Below, one piece after another: positions 1-11,564 of a DNA stretch of 64,000 bases. The stretch's first letter is position 1. The number at the start of each line of letters is the position of its first letter. Origin of the DNA: Adineta vaga (lineage: Eukaryota; Animalia; Rotifera); contig CP075492.1 in assembly GCA_021613535.1 (NCBI GenBank), forward strand, positions 7,130,001 to 7,194,000, given 5' to 3'. A model generated the notes under the pieces. The model was not told the DNA's origin, made no database searches, and saw nothing but the letters and a program-made list of their open reading frames with translations. The position numbers and the translations under genes are program-made.

Positions 1-59
1 TCAGTTTCAAATGGTATGTATCTTATTAATGAAATTTGTTCCGAATACAAACAATTATT

Positions 60-1016
60 TATACACGATGTATATCTACTCTACCTACTCACAGGATTGG
101 ATGAGTAGTACAATAAAAATTCAATTGTTCGTGGCAACCTTATACGTGACTATCGGTTCTTGGTCGAATTCGAATGAGATCAGAAATATTTCAGAAAGAA
201 GGAGGAAAAATTGCATTGTCAATGTGTGTCCGAAGAATGTAATCTGTTAACTTGAGAAAACAGTAATTGGCACCACTAAGTTTTTCAGTAATATCACAAA
301 ATGCTGTCTGAATTTTTTGATGTGGTAATAAAGGCAGGGATAATACGTTTGCTATTTGGCGATGTGCTTCATTACCCTCGGAATATGCGATTACACCTTT
401 CTTTTTTTATTTGTCGCCAAATATTTTGGTCAAAATAGAATTGACGTCCTTTTATATTTGCTCTTATAATAGTTTTTCAAAAATACATTTTAAATCATCA
501 TCTTGAAATCGATTAATATTGATTGTGGAGCTAGAAAGATTTGATTATTTGAGCATAAACAATCAACTCAGCCAAAAGCCATGATACTATCAATGTTTTT
601 GTAGGGAAAGCAGCATGAACAATAGGTTTCATGCTGAAATCATCCCATATATGTATGCTATAACTTTGGTAGAATAATCGAGGAGCAGTTCTAAAGCTTC
701 CATTGCAATTTCAGTGTTGATTTGATTCAAGTACTTGAAGACTAATAAGCGAAGAAAACCCAAATATTGATCGAACGCGTTATCACAGAATAAGAAACTT
801 TTATCTGTTGAAGTTCGACCAAGTGAGTAAGGCACCACGATCGCAGATAATGTCTTCGAAATTCCTGGTTATATCGACGAGCGATATTCATATAAAGAAG
901 ATTTCACACGATCAAATACAAAAATTGTACCGGCATTGTCATTGTCACGTCTGAATTTTTTCGCTTGTTTATCGTATAACATAGAAACTGGTGCTGCTTG
1001 TTCTTTATCGATTCTT
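60..1016 (-). pseudogene. Decayed MULE (Mutator-like) DDE transposase
   Basis: Manual minus-strand translation across frameshifts and stops gives FDRVKSSLYEYRSSI*PGISKTL..FLFCDN..GF..LQVLESNQH*NCNGSFRTAPRLFYQSYSIH (the DGTF motif), SILIDF, IKGRQFYFDQNIWRQIKK (the GCxFH motif), LSLPLLP and RPRTDSHV*GCHEQLN (the RTNNxxEG motif). The order and spacing match MULE transposases. The first catalytic D is N and the catalytic E codon is TAA (142-140). Confidence 0.88.
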
Positions 1017-1364
1017 TGTTTGAAAGATTAAACACGTTCATATCTACTCAATAAATAAAAGAAGAAATCGCTAGATATATTCAAATCAGCATACAGAAAC
1101 TTACAACAAACGAATACTAAAACAGCCATTAATCGATAAAAACAACTTGGAAAGTACTTGATAACAAATATCATATTTTTTAAATCATATTTCTCTAAAT
1201 AATATGTTATTTTAATTATTGCGACACACTATATCCAATAAAGTATTACTCATTTAATCAAAACGAAACGCACAATTTCAACTAATCACATTCTATATTC
1301 CATTCATCCCTATGATCAATAAACGAATATAAATGAAAAGAATTTCTAAATAGTCACCCAGAAA

Positions 1365-1809
1365 TAGTATATCGGGGGGAAAAGCGGATCCTCATAGATC
1401 CTAGGATCCAGAAGGAACCATGATATCCAAGAGGATGCAGTACGATTCACAAGGATCTCCTAGCATCCATCAAAATCTGGTAGGAGCTATCAAGATCCAT
1501 AAAGAGCTAATTCACTCGAATTTGTTTTTCAACTAAATATTTGAATTAACTATAGAGTTATCGATGGTAAACACAAAGTAAAGGAGAGATGATAAAAATT
1601 GAATGAATTTCACTAGATTTAGATATTTTATCCAATAAATTCTAGGGAGAGAAAAGCAAACTATGAATCCCATAAAGTTTTCGGATCTTTATAAACTCTC
1701 ATGGATTTTCACAACTCGTAGGATCCGTGAGGATCCATGCGGAGCTGTAACGATCCAAAAATCTTGGAGGATTCAGGGATCCAGGATCCGCTCTTCTCCC
1801 CTTCTACTA
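1365..1809. mobile_element. MITE-like non-autonomous element with ~28 bp imperfect TIRs and GGATCC subterminal repeats
   Basis: Left end tagtatatcggggggaaaagcggatcct versus reverse complement of right end tagtagaaggggagaagagcggatcct. Both subterminal regions are packed with (A)GGATCC/GATCC variants around an AT-rich core. Confidence 0.75.
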
Positions 1810-2342
1810 AGTATAATTTTTTACTCAGAAAAAGTTAAGTCGTCATACTCATTGTGATTATATCCTTTTTATTTCTTATATAATATCATATATAAAACTC
1901 TTCAACATTCCGATACAACACTCTTTTTTTTCCACATTTCTCAATTTGAATAAAAATAAGTTTTATGTCAATTTTTCTTCATTTATAATTATTCCATATT
2001 TAAGGATTACTAAAAATACTATTTTATGAAAATAAATTTTTTTCATTTCATTTTCATCAATACAATTGTTTTTCATATTCAAAATCTATGAAAAATTTAT
2101 TTTAATATTTTTTATCATACAATTCAAAATTTTCCATCAAACAACAATTTTAGATTGTTTCAATTTATTTCATTTTATTCGCGCAAATGTCTCGACCAAT
2201 AAACTTTTTTATATTGAACTAGTCGTCTTTCTATGTTCAATTAAACTGACAGACAGCGACATCTACACATTTTGTTATAATACATATTTTTCTAGTGGTA
2301 AAATATTTTAGCCAATCCATAAAATTTCTTTTGTGGCCATAG

Positions 2343-2749
2343 CAGTGTTTCTAATGGCAAGTGTACAAAGCAAACACAAAATGTACAGAACACTTGCTAT
2401 TCTCGAAATACACTCTACTGTACACTTAGTCCGAAAAACAGAGTGTACAAAATACACTTTGCATCCAAAAACTACACTGTTTCTTATTGTGTTGATTTTT
2501 GTATGTATGTTGGATAAATAATTTTTCTTGTATTTATTGTTTATTTGTTCATCTGGTATCGTTTCATTTATTGATAAAAGAAAAACATAGACAATCTATT
2601 ATTTTTCGTTTTCTACATCAAATTAAATTTCATGTGTGCATATGTACACTGATATATTTCGCTTACAAAAACAAAATGTACATGTCGCCTTGCTCACAAA
2701 ACTAAAATGTACACATACGTTTTGTTTCAGATTTTCGTTAGAAACCCTA
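2343..2749. mobile_element. Degenerate MITE with hAT-like TIRs and TGTACA subterminal repeats
   Basis: Left cagtgtttctaatg versus reverse complement of right tagggtttctaacg. Repeated aaaatgtaca/gtgtaca units lie near both ends. No intact 8 bp TSD is visible. Confidence 0.55.
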
Positions 2750-2759
2750 ATATACTGTG

Positions 2760-3270
2760 AATACAGTGATTAATCTGGTTCTTGGCAATCAAATGTTCAA
2801 AATTCCTTAATCAAGTGTGAAATCGATAGATCTCATCGAGTTACATCTGGAACCATTGTCATAATCTTCTTAGCTGATCTCCCGGCGAATCGCCAGAGGT
2901 TTTTCTAGGGTTTTCAGCAAATTTGGGTGGTTTTTCAGGTTTTTGGAAATCAAGGAAGTGACCTATCGGAAATCTGATGATTGGAATCGATAGGGCTCAT
3001 CGAGTTACATCTGGAATCATTGTTTTAATTCTTGGAATAGGTCTCAAGGCGAATCGTCCACGGATTTTCTCGAAATTCGACGTTTTTTTGCTGTTTTTTC
3101 GCAGTTTTGGGGTTTTTTTGGGGGTAAGAAAGTGAGTTTTTGAATTTTTCTTTTTTGGAATCGATAGAGCTCATCGAGTTCTACTTGGAACGAGTGAGAT
3201 CTCAGTTGGAACGCATAACAAAACGAATAAATCCTGGAAAAAGTCGAATCCGTCGCTAAGATATCCTACG
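2760..3270. repeat. Three degenerate 164-174 bp tandem units with core AATCGATAGRKCTCATCGAGTT, probably part of a non-autonomous TE
   Basis: Core copies at 2821, 2985 and 3159. Units 1 and 2 also share ttacatctggaa, ggcgaatcg and T-tract segments. Confidence 0.75.
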
Positions 3271-4754
3271 TATGAACATTGCAAATACGAAGTATGCCAA
3301 GATAAGAATATTTGATAAGAGATAAACTTTCATTTGATTCTTTACAATTTTGTGGTTTATTGTTTTCGATACATAAGTCTTCCATGAATGGAAATGATAT
3401 TTGAATTCGAAGGAAAAATTCATGTTCAAATGGTTTTTCATCAAATAATGACACTGTGCGAACATGTTGAAATAATCCACCTGAAAATTTATTTGTAATA
3501 TTATTGTAATGTGTCATTTGAGATGGATATGAATAAATATGACATTGACCTTTGTTACTTTCGGGAAAATAATCAACACAAGAAATGATATCTTTAGATT
3601 TGAAATCAATAAATGTTTGTTGAATATCTTTTGTTGATGGTAAACTCAATTGCATCACATTAGATAAATATGAAATAATAGAAAATTGAAAAATATTTAA
3701 TTTTCTGAGAGAATTGAGAACATTATGTTTGAGAAAATTTCCATCAATAAATGTTATTTTACTGTCAATTTCGATATATTATAAGCCAAGTCGTTCAAGA
3801 TTCGACATTCGATGGAGAAGTGGAGGAATTGTTTCATTATAAAAATATTTCGCGAAGTTGCATGTAAAAGAAAAATATTTTAGATTTGGTAAATGATCCT
3901 AAAAAGAAAACCAAGTTTTTTTTAACAATTAAGATTTCTCATAATGAAACAAACTCGATTTTTTACTTTGTATGTATCAGAAGGATTAAATGCATCAATA
4001 ATGAGGGTATGAAGTTGATTGAAACGACCATCAAGAATATACAGACAATCATTATAAAATTGTACTTTAACATCTAAATATAAAAGTGTTGATGAACGAA
4101 AATTACGGATTACTAAATCATCGAAACATAGTCGAACACAATTGTAATACCATCGACTATCCAATATTAGATAATTTAATTTCGAAAAAGTAGGAAAAAT
4201 ACGTTGAAATATGTTTGCTATTGATGACAACATGTGAAGCAAATTTTCATATTGATCAAATGAAAGATTAAGTGTTGTGATTTGACTTCTGAATATACTA
4301 GCTGAAAGGATTTTATCTAAATATACAAAAAGAAAATCTTTCAAACATCAATTAGGATATTTTTACTTTTCAGAAGACTTTTGAATGATTTTTTATCAAC
4401 ATTAAATAGTGCAAGAGAACATAAATTAGGATAATAATTAGCTTGTAAAACAGTCTTCATAGATGTTGATCCAAGAGCCAAATATTGAATTCTATGATGA
4501 ATTGAAGGTAAAATTTGTGAACAAAATCGATCAAGTATTGTTTTATCAGAAAGTTGATCAATAAAATTTTTTGAAGGTTGTTTAATAAAACTTAATCGTT
4601 TTATAAATATTGAATCTCGAATAATTTGATTAAATCGTAGATTGATATCTTGTAAAAAATAATGTATATCAAAATTGTTTAAGTTTTTCAATATTATGAG
4701 AAGAATTTCATCAGGTAAATCATTTAATTCAATACGTGAATACTCCATATTCAT
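3266..4754 (-). pseudogene. F-box/LRR-like protein of a bdelloid-type expanded family, disrupted
   Basis: N-terminal F-box ELNDLPDEILLIILKNL. Exons 4754-4367, 4316-3955 and 3898-3266 with GT-AG introns. Family motifs DCLYILDGRFNQL, FIDGN, CHIYSYP and DEKPFEHEFFLRI are present. There is an in-frame TAA at 3781-3779, and the reading frame ends abruptly at the repeat block. Confidence 0.8.
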
Positions 4755-5719
4755 TCTAATTTCATTTATTGACGATATGATCGATTTATTTATATATTCG
4801 CTTTGACCGATACATCATCCGTCAATATAAACAATGATATGTTTGTTTTTCTATAGAAAAAATTGATCAATGCAGATTGAAAGAAAAATATTTTTCTTTA
4901 TGATTTATTGTGATAAAATTATACCTGGAATTAGGAGTTAAGCGAAGAAGAAAAATTCATATTCTCATCTTATATAATAAACTAATTCAGGTTTGACGAA
5001 GAAAACAATTTCATAAAGATCAATGTGAAAAAAGTGATTACTTACTATATATTACCTTGTTCAAGATTTGATATGACGTTTTTTCTTATTAATTTGAATG
5101 AATCTTTGAATCCTTTAAAAAAATTCATTTTCTGCGTTCAAACGAAGACAAAAATATCAAAATAAAAAGTTTTATCTGAGAAAGATACATAATTTGATTC
5201 TTAAACAAAAGACAAAGTAGATCACAATGAATGCTAAAAGAAAGAAACACACAATAAGACGGAACCGAAGAGAATAAATGAATTCTTTCTCAATAAAAAT
5301 ATCAATAATTATTCATTGAAACTTCTTCATCATCGTCACCATAGAGATTATTTCGATAAGATGTATCTTCTCTTCTACGAAACGAGGCTTCAATTGTTGT
5401 CCTAAGCTCGTTCTATGCATGAGCAATGCCAAATTAAAAATAAGATATCAATCATCAACGAACGAAATCTTCATGAGAAGTGATTGTACAAAGTAAATGA
5501 AAAAGAACTAAACAATATTCAAGTTTATTATGTTCTTTTCTTCGGACAAAGTATTAATTTTTTTTTCTATTTTGATAAATTTTTTCCTTATCGAATCTAT
5601 AAATCACCACAAGCTACAAATAACATTTAATAATTGTAGTAAAAGAATAAATTCTTACTAATTTCAAAAAGATAACTCAATATGATAAACGCAAAATCAG
5701 TCTGAGAAGAAAATTTTCA

Positions 5720-6002
5720 ACTACTGTATGAACATTGAAAGTGATATGCATTTATTTACTGGTAAAATATTTAAATTATAAATAAATATTGAAAGATGTT
5801 TTTCTTCTCATATTTAGATAAATCGTCTTTAATTCATATCTTTCAAAATCAAATTGAAATACTTAATATTAATGATGAAATAGATCTACTTATAGATCAT
5901 TTAAATATTCATCGACCAGCAACAATTTTTATGAATATATTGAATATGTGTAAGAAACTTCTTCATATGAAATATTATACATCAGTATCTACATGTATAT
6001 GA
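5720..6002 (+). pseudogene. Fragment of a second F-box/LRR family gene
   Basis: LFT|gtaaaat..tatttag|DKSSLIHIFQNQI reproduces the exon1/exon2 junction of the 3266-4754 gene (..tatttag|DKILSASIFRSQI). No F-box exon or downstream exons are seen. Confidence 0.55.
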
Positions 6003-6227
6003 ATTAAGAAGAAGAGAGAAACATGGAAAAACTCATGAATTTCTCTTCAATCTGCAGAATGATACTGGCGACATTCGCAATCCTATCTATGTCACTGAAT
6101 TCATTGGTTTATATTCAAACACATCATATATCTACCTTCCTTTCCTTTTCTTTCTATTCTTCCTTTAACAATATAAACGATTATAGAGGTTTATTACATC
6201 GCAACATCTTCCTATTCGAATATAATC

Positions 6228-7218
6228 ATGGCAACTCATAAAAAACTCATAATGCCTTCCAATTCAACTACTAATAATATCTATCCAATTCAAACGTGTG
6301 ATATTAATCAATATTTAAAAGAACATCCATTTTTAGCTACACTCATACATAAAAACGGAGTTTTATTTGAATGCGATGGTGATGCACCATCACCATCAAA
6401 AGACTATGGTCAATTACAGATTAATTTCGATCGAGTAAGTTCGTTCAATTGATCTATTCAAAATTTTCAAAAAATATTCTTGTTAGGTAATTCTTCGTTG
6501 GTGGAAAATAACTCTTCGTAATATTGAAGGTGCAATTTATCCAGGTGAAATCAAAAATTCTTATGAAGATTTTTATCATGATGAGATTGCTCAACGTGAA
6601 ATTAGTCGAATTTTTGGCCAAAAAATTTTGGATTATTGTTTAAATTTAGTTTGTGGTCGAATTGATTGGCTATCACGTTTACCATTGAATATTCAAATAA
6701 AAATCTTTTCATTTGTTAATCTTGATGATATACCTCAATTATCATTAGTATCAAAATTATTTCGTACAATTTGTCGACATAATGATCTTTGGAAGATCTT
6801 TTATATACGTCAACATGGTCGACAAGCATTAGAAAATAAGAATTTATTACAATTAGCAGAACGACGCGGTTGGCGTCATGTATTCTTTACAAATCGATTG
6901 AAATTACAGATTGAATTACGTCGTGAAGCTCAATTAGAACGCTATCATCCAGAAGATCCTTCTGATTTAGTTAAAGCTCGAGAACGCCGTCAAAAATTAC
7001 AACCAAGTCCACCTGTAACGCCCAGAGAACAAGTTTCCGTTCGACGACATTCCATTACAACAAGAAAGGAACCTCTGTCCATGTCACCACTACCAAATCG
7101 CATAGGATCAGCACAGACAGATATTGATTCTCGAAGTCATTCTCCATTATTATCAACTCGATCCAAAAATAGTCGTGTATCTTCAGCGTTATCATCTCGT
7201 TCTCTTACGAATCATTGA
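6228..7218 (+). CDS. FBXO36: F-box only protein 36
   Basis: Exons 6228-6434 and 6487-7218. Motifs PSPSKDY, VILRWWKITLR, PGEIK, IFGQKILDY, the F-box, and GWRHVFFTNRLKLQ match FBXO36. Confidence 0.9.
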
Positions 7219-7833
7219 TTATATACATTTTTTGTTTTTTTCTTTTGTAAACATGTTGTAATATGATACGATTGATAAAAGAATTACTACAAACGTAAAA
7301 TGAAACATTTCATTCATTCTTATCGTACATATCACAGAAAGTTCGAAATAAAACATGAGAAAATATTTACTAAGACGCATATTCAAGTCATCTATGCCAT
7401 TTATTTTTAAATTAAACGACATAACAATTTTCCGCTCGTCAAAAATTCAAATATAGAAATGAACGACATTTATGTTGCATTTATGTCATAGGTAATAGAA
7501 AATAAATCATATTTGACGTCTATGAGTTAAAAGAGTAAAGTTAACATTTGCAAGAAAAAGACTCCCATCAATGAAACTCATAGAGAACGAGCGAAAACGA
7601 AAAGAATCAATACACCATGTGCGATTTATCAACCGTGTCTTTTTCTTTTCGTGTACGAAAAAAAACAAGGTTTACAATTTTCGTTATATTTATTGTTAAT
7701 ATTGGTTTAATATATATTCATCAAAAAAATGATTTCGTAGGTAAGTGAAAGAGTTCGTTTCATCAAATAAAAATACATCATACTGTTCTTGAGATTTTTC
7801 ATTAACAAAATATCAGAAATATAAACTTTAATT

Positions 7834-8835
7834 TTAAATATCGACTTTTAGTTTTGGATTAGCTGTTTTAAATTCATTTTTAATGGTTTCTTTGTTAGTT
7901 GAACTGAACTTATTCTTTTTGAGATTTATATATTTAAGTGTTTTGATATCGTATAAAGCTTCGGGAATATCATCCAATTGATTGGAACGCAACTGAAGTC
8001 GAGAAAGATTAGTTATAAGCCCAATCGATGGTGGAATCGATCGAATAAGATTTTCATCAAGCTGAAAAGTTTTTGATTTCGTCGTTTCTTGTCCTAGAGT
8101 TTCAATACCACTAAGATTTGTCAGATTAGTTCGAGATATGTCCAGATGATATAATTTGGGTAAATAAAGAGGTAAACGATTGATTGGACAATTCTTAATA
8201 TGAAGAAGTTCAAGAGATGGATTTCGATCAATCGATTCGATTGACCGAAGATATCGATTATCATGCAATGTTAATTCTGTAAGAGATCGAATATTGTGAA
8301 AGTGTTTTGGTAAAGATTGCAATGAACTATTAGATACTGATAAGAGAAATAATGAAGATAGATCAGTAATGGTAATAGGAAGTGTCGTTAATGGTACATG
8401 ACTGAATTCTAAGGTCTTAAGATGTTTAAATTTATTGATTTCTTTTGATAAATGTTTAAAATTCATATCGACTATTTGTAAATGAACTAATGATGATGGT
8501 AGATATTCAATATGAAATGTAAATGGTTGTTTTGAATCACAAAAAGTTGTATTTTGAAGATATAAGTTTTTTAAATGTTTGAAACAAAATATGATTGATG
8601 GAATACAGTTTTGATTTGCAATTCGTATTTCATAAATATATTGATTATTCGTTGATTTCGCATATGTTTTGAGAGATTTGTAAAGAGCTGGTTTAACGGG
8701 AAGGTGAAAAGGAAAGGCCAATGTTGTATTATAATCACTTCCATATTGATTACAATTAATTTCTTGAATATTTTTCAAGAAAACAACATTAATCGACGAA
8801 ATAATCAGAAGAAATATGTAATAGATTGAGTGCAT
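7834..8835 (-). CDS. Secreted leucine-rich-repeat protein (paralog 1)
   Basis: 333 aa single ORF with a hydrophobic N-terminal signal peptide, LxxLxLxxN repeats and no TM segment. Confidence 0.85.
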   Translation of the reverse strand: MHSIYYIFLLIISSINVVFLKNIQEINCNQYGSDYNTTLAFPFHLPVKPALYKSLKTYAKSTNNQYIYEIRIANQNCIPSIIFCFKHLKNLYLQNTTFCDSKQPFTFHIEYLPSSLVHLQIVDMNFKHLSKEINKFKHLKTLEFSHVPLTTLPITITDLSSLFLLSVSNSSLQSLPKHFHNIRSLTELTLHDNRYLRSIESIDRNPSLELLHIKNCPINRLPLYLPKLYHLDISRTNLTNLSGIETLGQETTKSKTFQLDENLIRSIPPSIGLITNLSRLQLRSNQLDDIPEALYDIKTLKYINLKKNKFSSTNKETIKNEFKTANPKLKVDI

Positions 8836-9576
8836 CTGAAGAAAATATCTTCTATGATAATCAAATTAGAAGCAAATAAATATGTTGTGTAGAATACAGA
8901 ATGGAATTTTCCAACACGATAAGTGCAAAAGAGAAAAAGAAAAATTTGATTACTTTTGTATGTAATAACAGGTCATAATACTGTCGACGGTTTATATGAG
9001 AAAGAGTTAAATATATAACTATCAGACTTATCATCCTACGTAAAGTTTATTTTTCAATGTATATATGCTCAAATACTCATTGTTAAGCATGACTATTATT
9101 CCCATGAATTTTACTTTCTGCAAATGTTAACTTGATTAGTTTCATAAAAAATGGGAATGATCTAATACGTGTGATAATATACATTCATAGAGCGATTATC
9201 ACGCATTGCATGCGTGTAGAACAGGCATTACATGATCACAACATGTATGCACAACTAAGATAAATATAAATATAAGTCGAATAAAGCGTCAGAAGCAAGG
9301 AGGCACGCACAGACCCGCCCCAACAAAGCATCATTCATTAGTCTTGTTGAAAAGTTGATTCTTTGCTTGGAAAAAAGGAAAGGTCAATAAGCGAACGAAA
9401 ATCTTTCGTTTCTTTCGTTATGCTTATTGACACAAATGCGACATAACCTAAACATGTGATACTTTTTTTTTTCAATTGAATATTGTTTTATTTTATTGTA
9501 AATTCAACAAAAAAGAAAGAAAACAAATAAAATAGCGTCGCGATTTTAATATCTGTTCATACTGAGATAAAACTAT

Positions 9577-10707
9577 TCAACAAAGAAATGTCCGTGGGCC
9601 TTGTAAACTGTATTTTTGATCTTCATAATATACCTTTGTTATATTTTTCTCCATGAACATCATCACAATTTCCTTGAGATCTTCATCTTTCATGTAGTTA
9701 TTTTTAATATATAAATCTTTCATTGTTGTAATATCATAAATGTCTTTCGGTAGAGAATATAGTAGATTACCATTTAAATTCAGTTCGACAAGATTATTAA
9801 CTCGTCGAATAAAGGGAGTCAAATAACGAATTAAATTATCAGAAAAGAAAAAATTTTTCTTCTCATTTGTTTCACTACCTAATGTTTCAATACCAAAAAT
9901 ATCTGTTAGTTGATTTGTTCCCATTTGTAAATCTTTCAACTTTGGTAAATGATTTGGAATAAACTCGATAGAACAGTTATCTGCATGTAAAACCTTTAAA
10001 TTAGAATGTCCATTGAGATTGTGAATAGATCTAAGTTGTTTGTTATTTCTTAAATCCAAAGTATCTAAAGAATCCAGTTTTTTAATAGTTGATGGTATTG
10101 AGCTTAACTTGTTATCCTGTAGAGATAACTTTGTTAATGAGGATAGTTTTCCAATAAAGTCTGGTAAAGTTTCTAAATCTGTATTGGTTATCTTGAGTGA
10201 TCGAAGAAATCTTAATTCTCCTATTACTTCCGGCAAATGAGTAATAGGAACATTACGAATAGTTAACTTAGTTAATAATGGTGCTAATCGTTTGTTTATC
10301 TTTGGTGCTTGATGAAGAGATTCTTCAAATGTAGTATTTTGTATGACTAGTTCTTCTAAATATTGTAAATAAAATATCGTCGATGGTACATATATTTCGT
10401 TTACGATCTTCAATCGCTTGATGTTTCCATTTTTATTCTTCTCCCAAGCCGTAAATGGTGAATCCCAAGAGGGAGACGTAACTTGAAATGGAAATAGTCG
10501 ACAAATTTCATCTTCATTTTTATGGTGAGTATGATCAGATGATAAACTTTCACGAAGCGAATCTACAATTATTAAAACAATAAAGATAATATAATATAAA
10601 ATAGATGTTTGATAATTACCTGATAGAAAGTTTTTTCGTTTTCCGATGGAATGAGATTGAATGTGTATAAAACAGTTTATCAGCACAACTGCAGTAAGTA
10701 ATTTCAT
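9577..10707 (-). CDS. Secreted leucine-rich-repeat protein (paralog 2)
   Basis: Signal peptide plus LRRs. A likely 57 nt stop-free, frame-preserving intron lies at 10619-10563. Confidence 0.85.
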   Translation of the reverse strand: MKLLTAVVLINCFIHIQSHSIGKRKNFLSGNYQTSILYYIIFIVLIIVDSLRESLSSDHTHHKNEDEICRLFPFQVTSPSWDSPFTAWEKNKNGNIKRLKIVNEIYVPSTIFYLQYLEELVIQNTTFEESLHQAPKINKRLAPLLTKLTIRNVPITHLPEVIGELRFLRSLKITNTDLETLPDFIGKLSSLTKLSLQDNKLSSIPSTIKKLDSLDTLDLRNNKQLRSIHNLNGHSNLKVLHADNCSIEFIPNHLPKLKDLQMGTNQLTDIFGIETLGSETNEKKNFFFSDNLIRYLTPFIRRVNNLVELNLNGNLLYSLPKDIYDITTMKDLYIKNNYMKDEDLKEIVMMFMEKNITKVYYEDQKYSLQGPRTFLC

Positions 10708-11564
10708 TTTTATTTCTCTCCTCTCGTTAAAAGCAACGCTTTAAATACTCTCGTTCCCCAGTATCGATGACTAACCTTCCTCTCCGACGATTGATCCGCG
10801 AAAAGCGACAATTTTTTCTTGTTCGTTTTTTTCATAGTTATGACGAAATTTAATACAGTACCGTTGTATCCGTACTAAATGAACTTCTAACTTTACCTAC
10901 TCAAACATTTCATTTTATTTTCATTGTAAAAATATCGTCAGAATGTCAATATTATGAAATATATTTGACATTCATCATAAGGAAAGAATAAAACTATTTG
11001 TTTGCATAACTTGTTTATCTTCTCATATCTTTTAAATTCAAATCAATATTTTCTACTAGATAACTTAATTTCAATATTAATTTTTTTACTCCTATGATAT
11101 AAGGTCGTCATGTTTGATTTATTGCAAAGGAAGAAATATGTATATTACATTTCCCATCATTCTCATTTGTTAATATCAATGACGTCATTATGCACCTAAA
11201 ATAATGTTTCCAACATAAATTAAACTTGGTATTTTCTTCTATTCATAACTGATTAAAACAGGAAAGTAATATTTAAAATATTCACACTTGACGTCATGAA
11301 AGTACTCAGTCTTATTATCGTCTTAGAGATTAACCTTTGTAATAGGCATACTTAATGACTAAATTCTCCCACCGAGATGTGAGAAATCATCACATTTTAG
11401 AATTTTATCTATTCGTTAAGTCAATTTACAAAGTATTTCAAATCAATTAGATTCAATTTATTTTTCTGAAACAAAAATGTACTCTTCGGTCGATTTCATG
11501 CAACAAAACTTGAAAAAAACACGAAAAGTCTAAATCTATACAATTGTCTATTGAAAAAAATTGA

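Noticed and set aside
2821-3180. Regularly spaced 22 bp repeats resembling a CRISPR array
   Set aside because: The context is eukaryotic, the spacers are ~145 bp and mutually similar, there are only three copies, and no cas genes are present.
5303-5412. Short minus-strand exon-like stretch (NELRTTIEASFRRREDTSYRNNLYGDDDEEV)
   Set aside because: No start or partner exons were found, and it is too short to assign.
9311-9321. GC box (GGGGCGGGTC on the minus strand) upstream of LRR paralog 1
   Set aside because: It is a single short motif with no supporting evidence.
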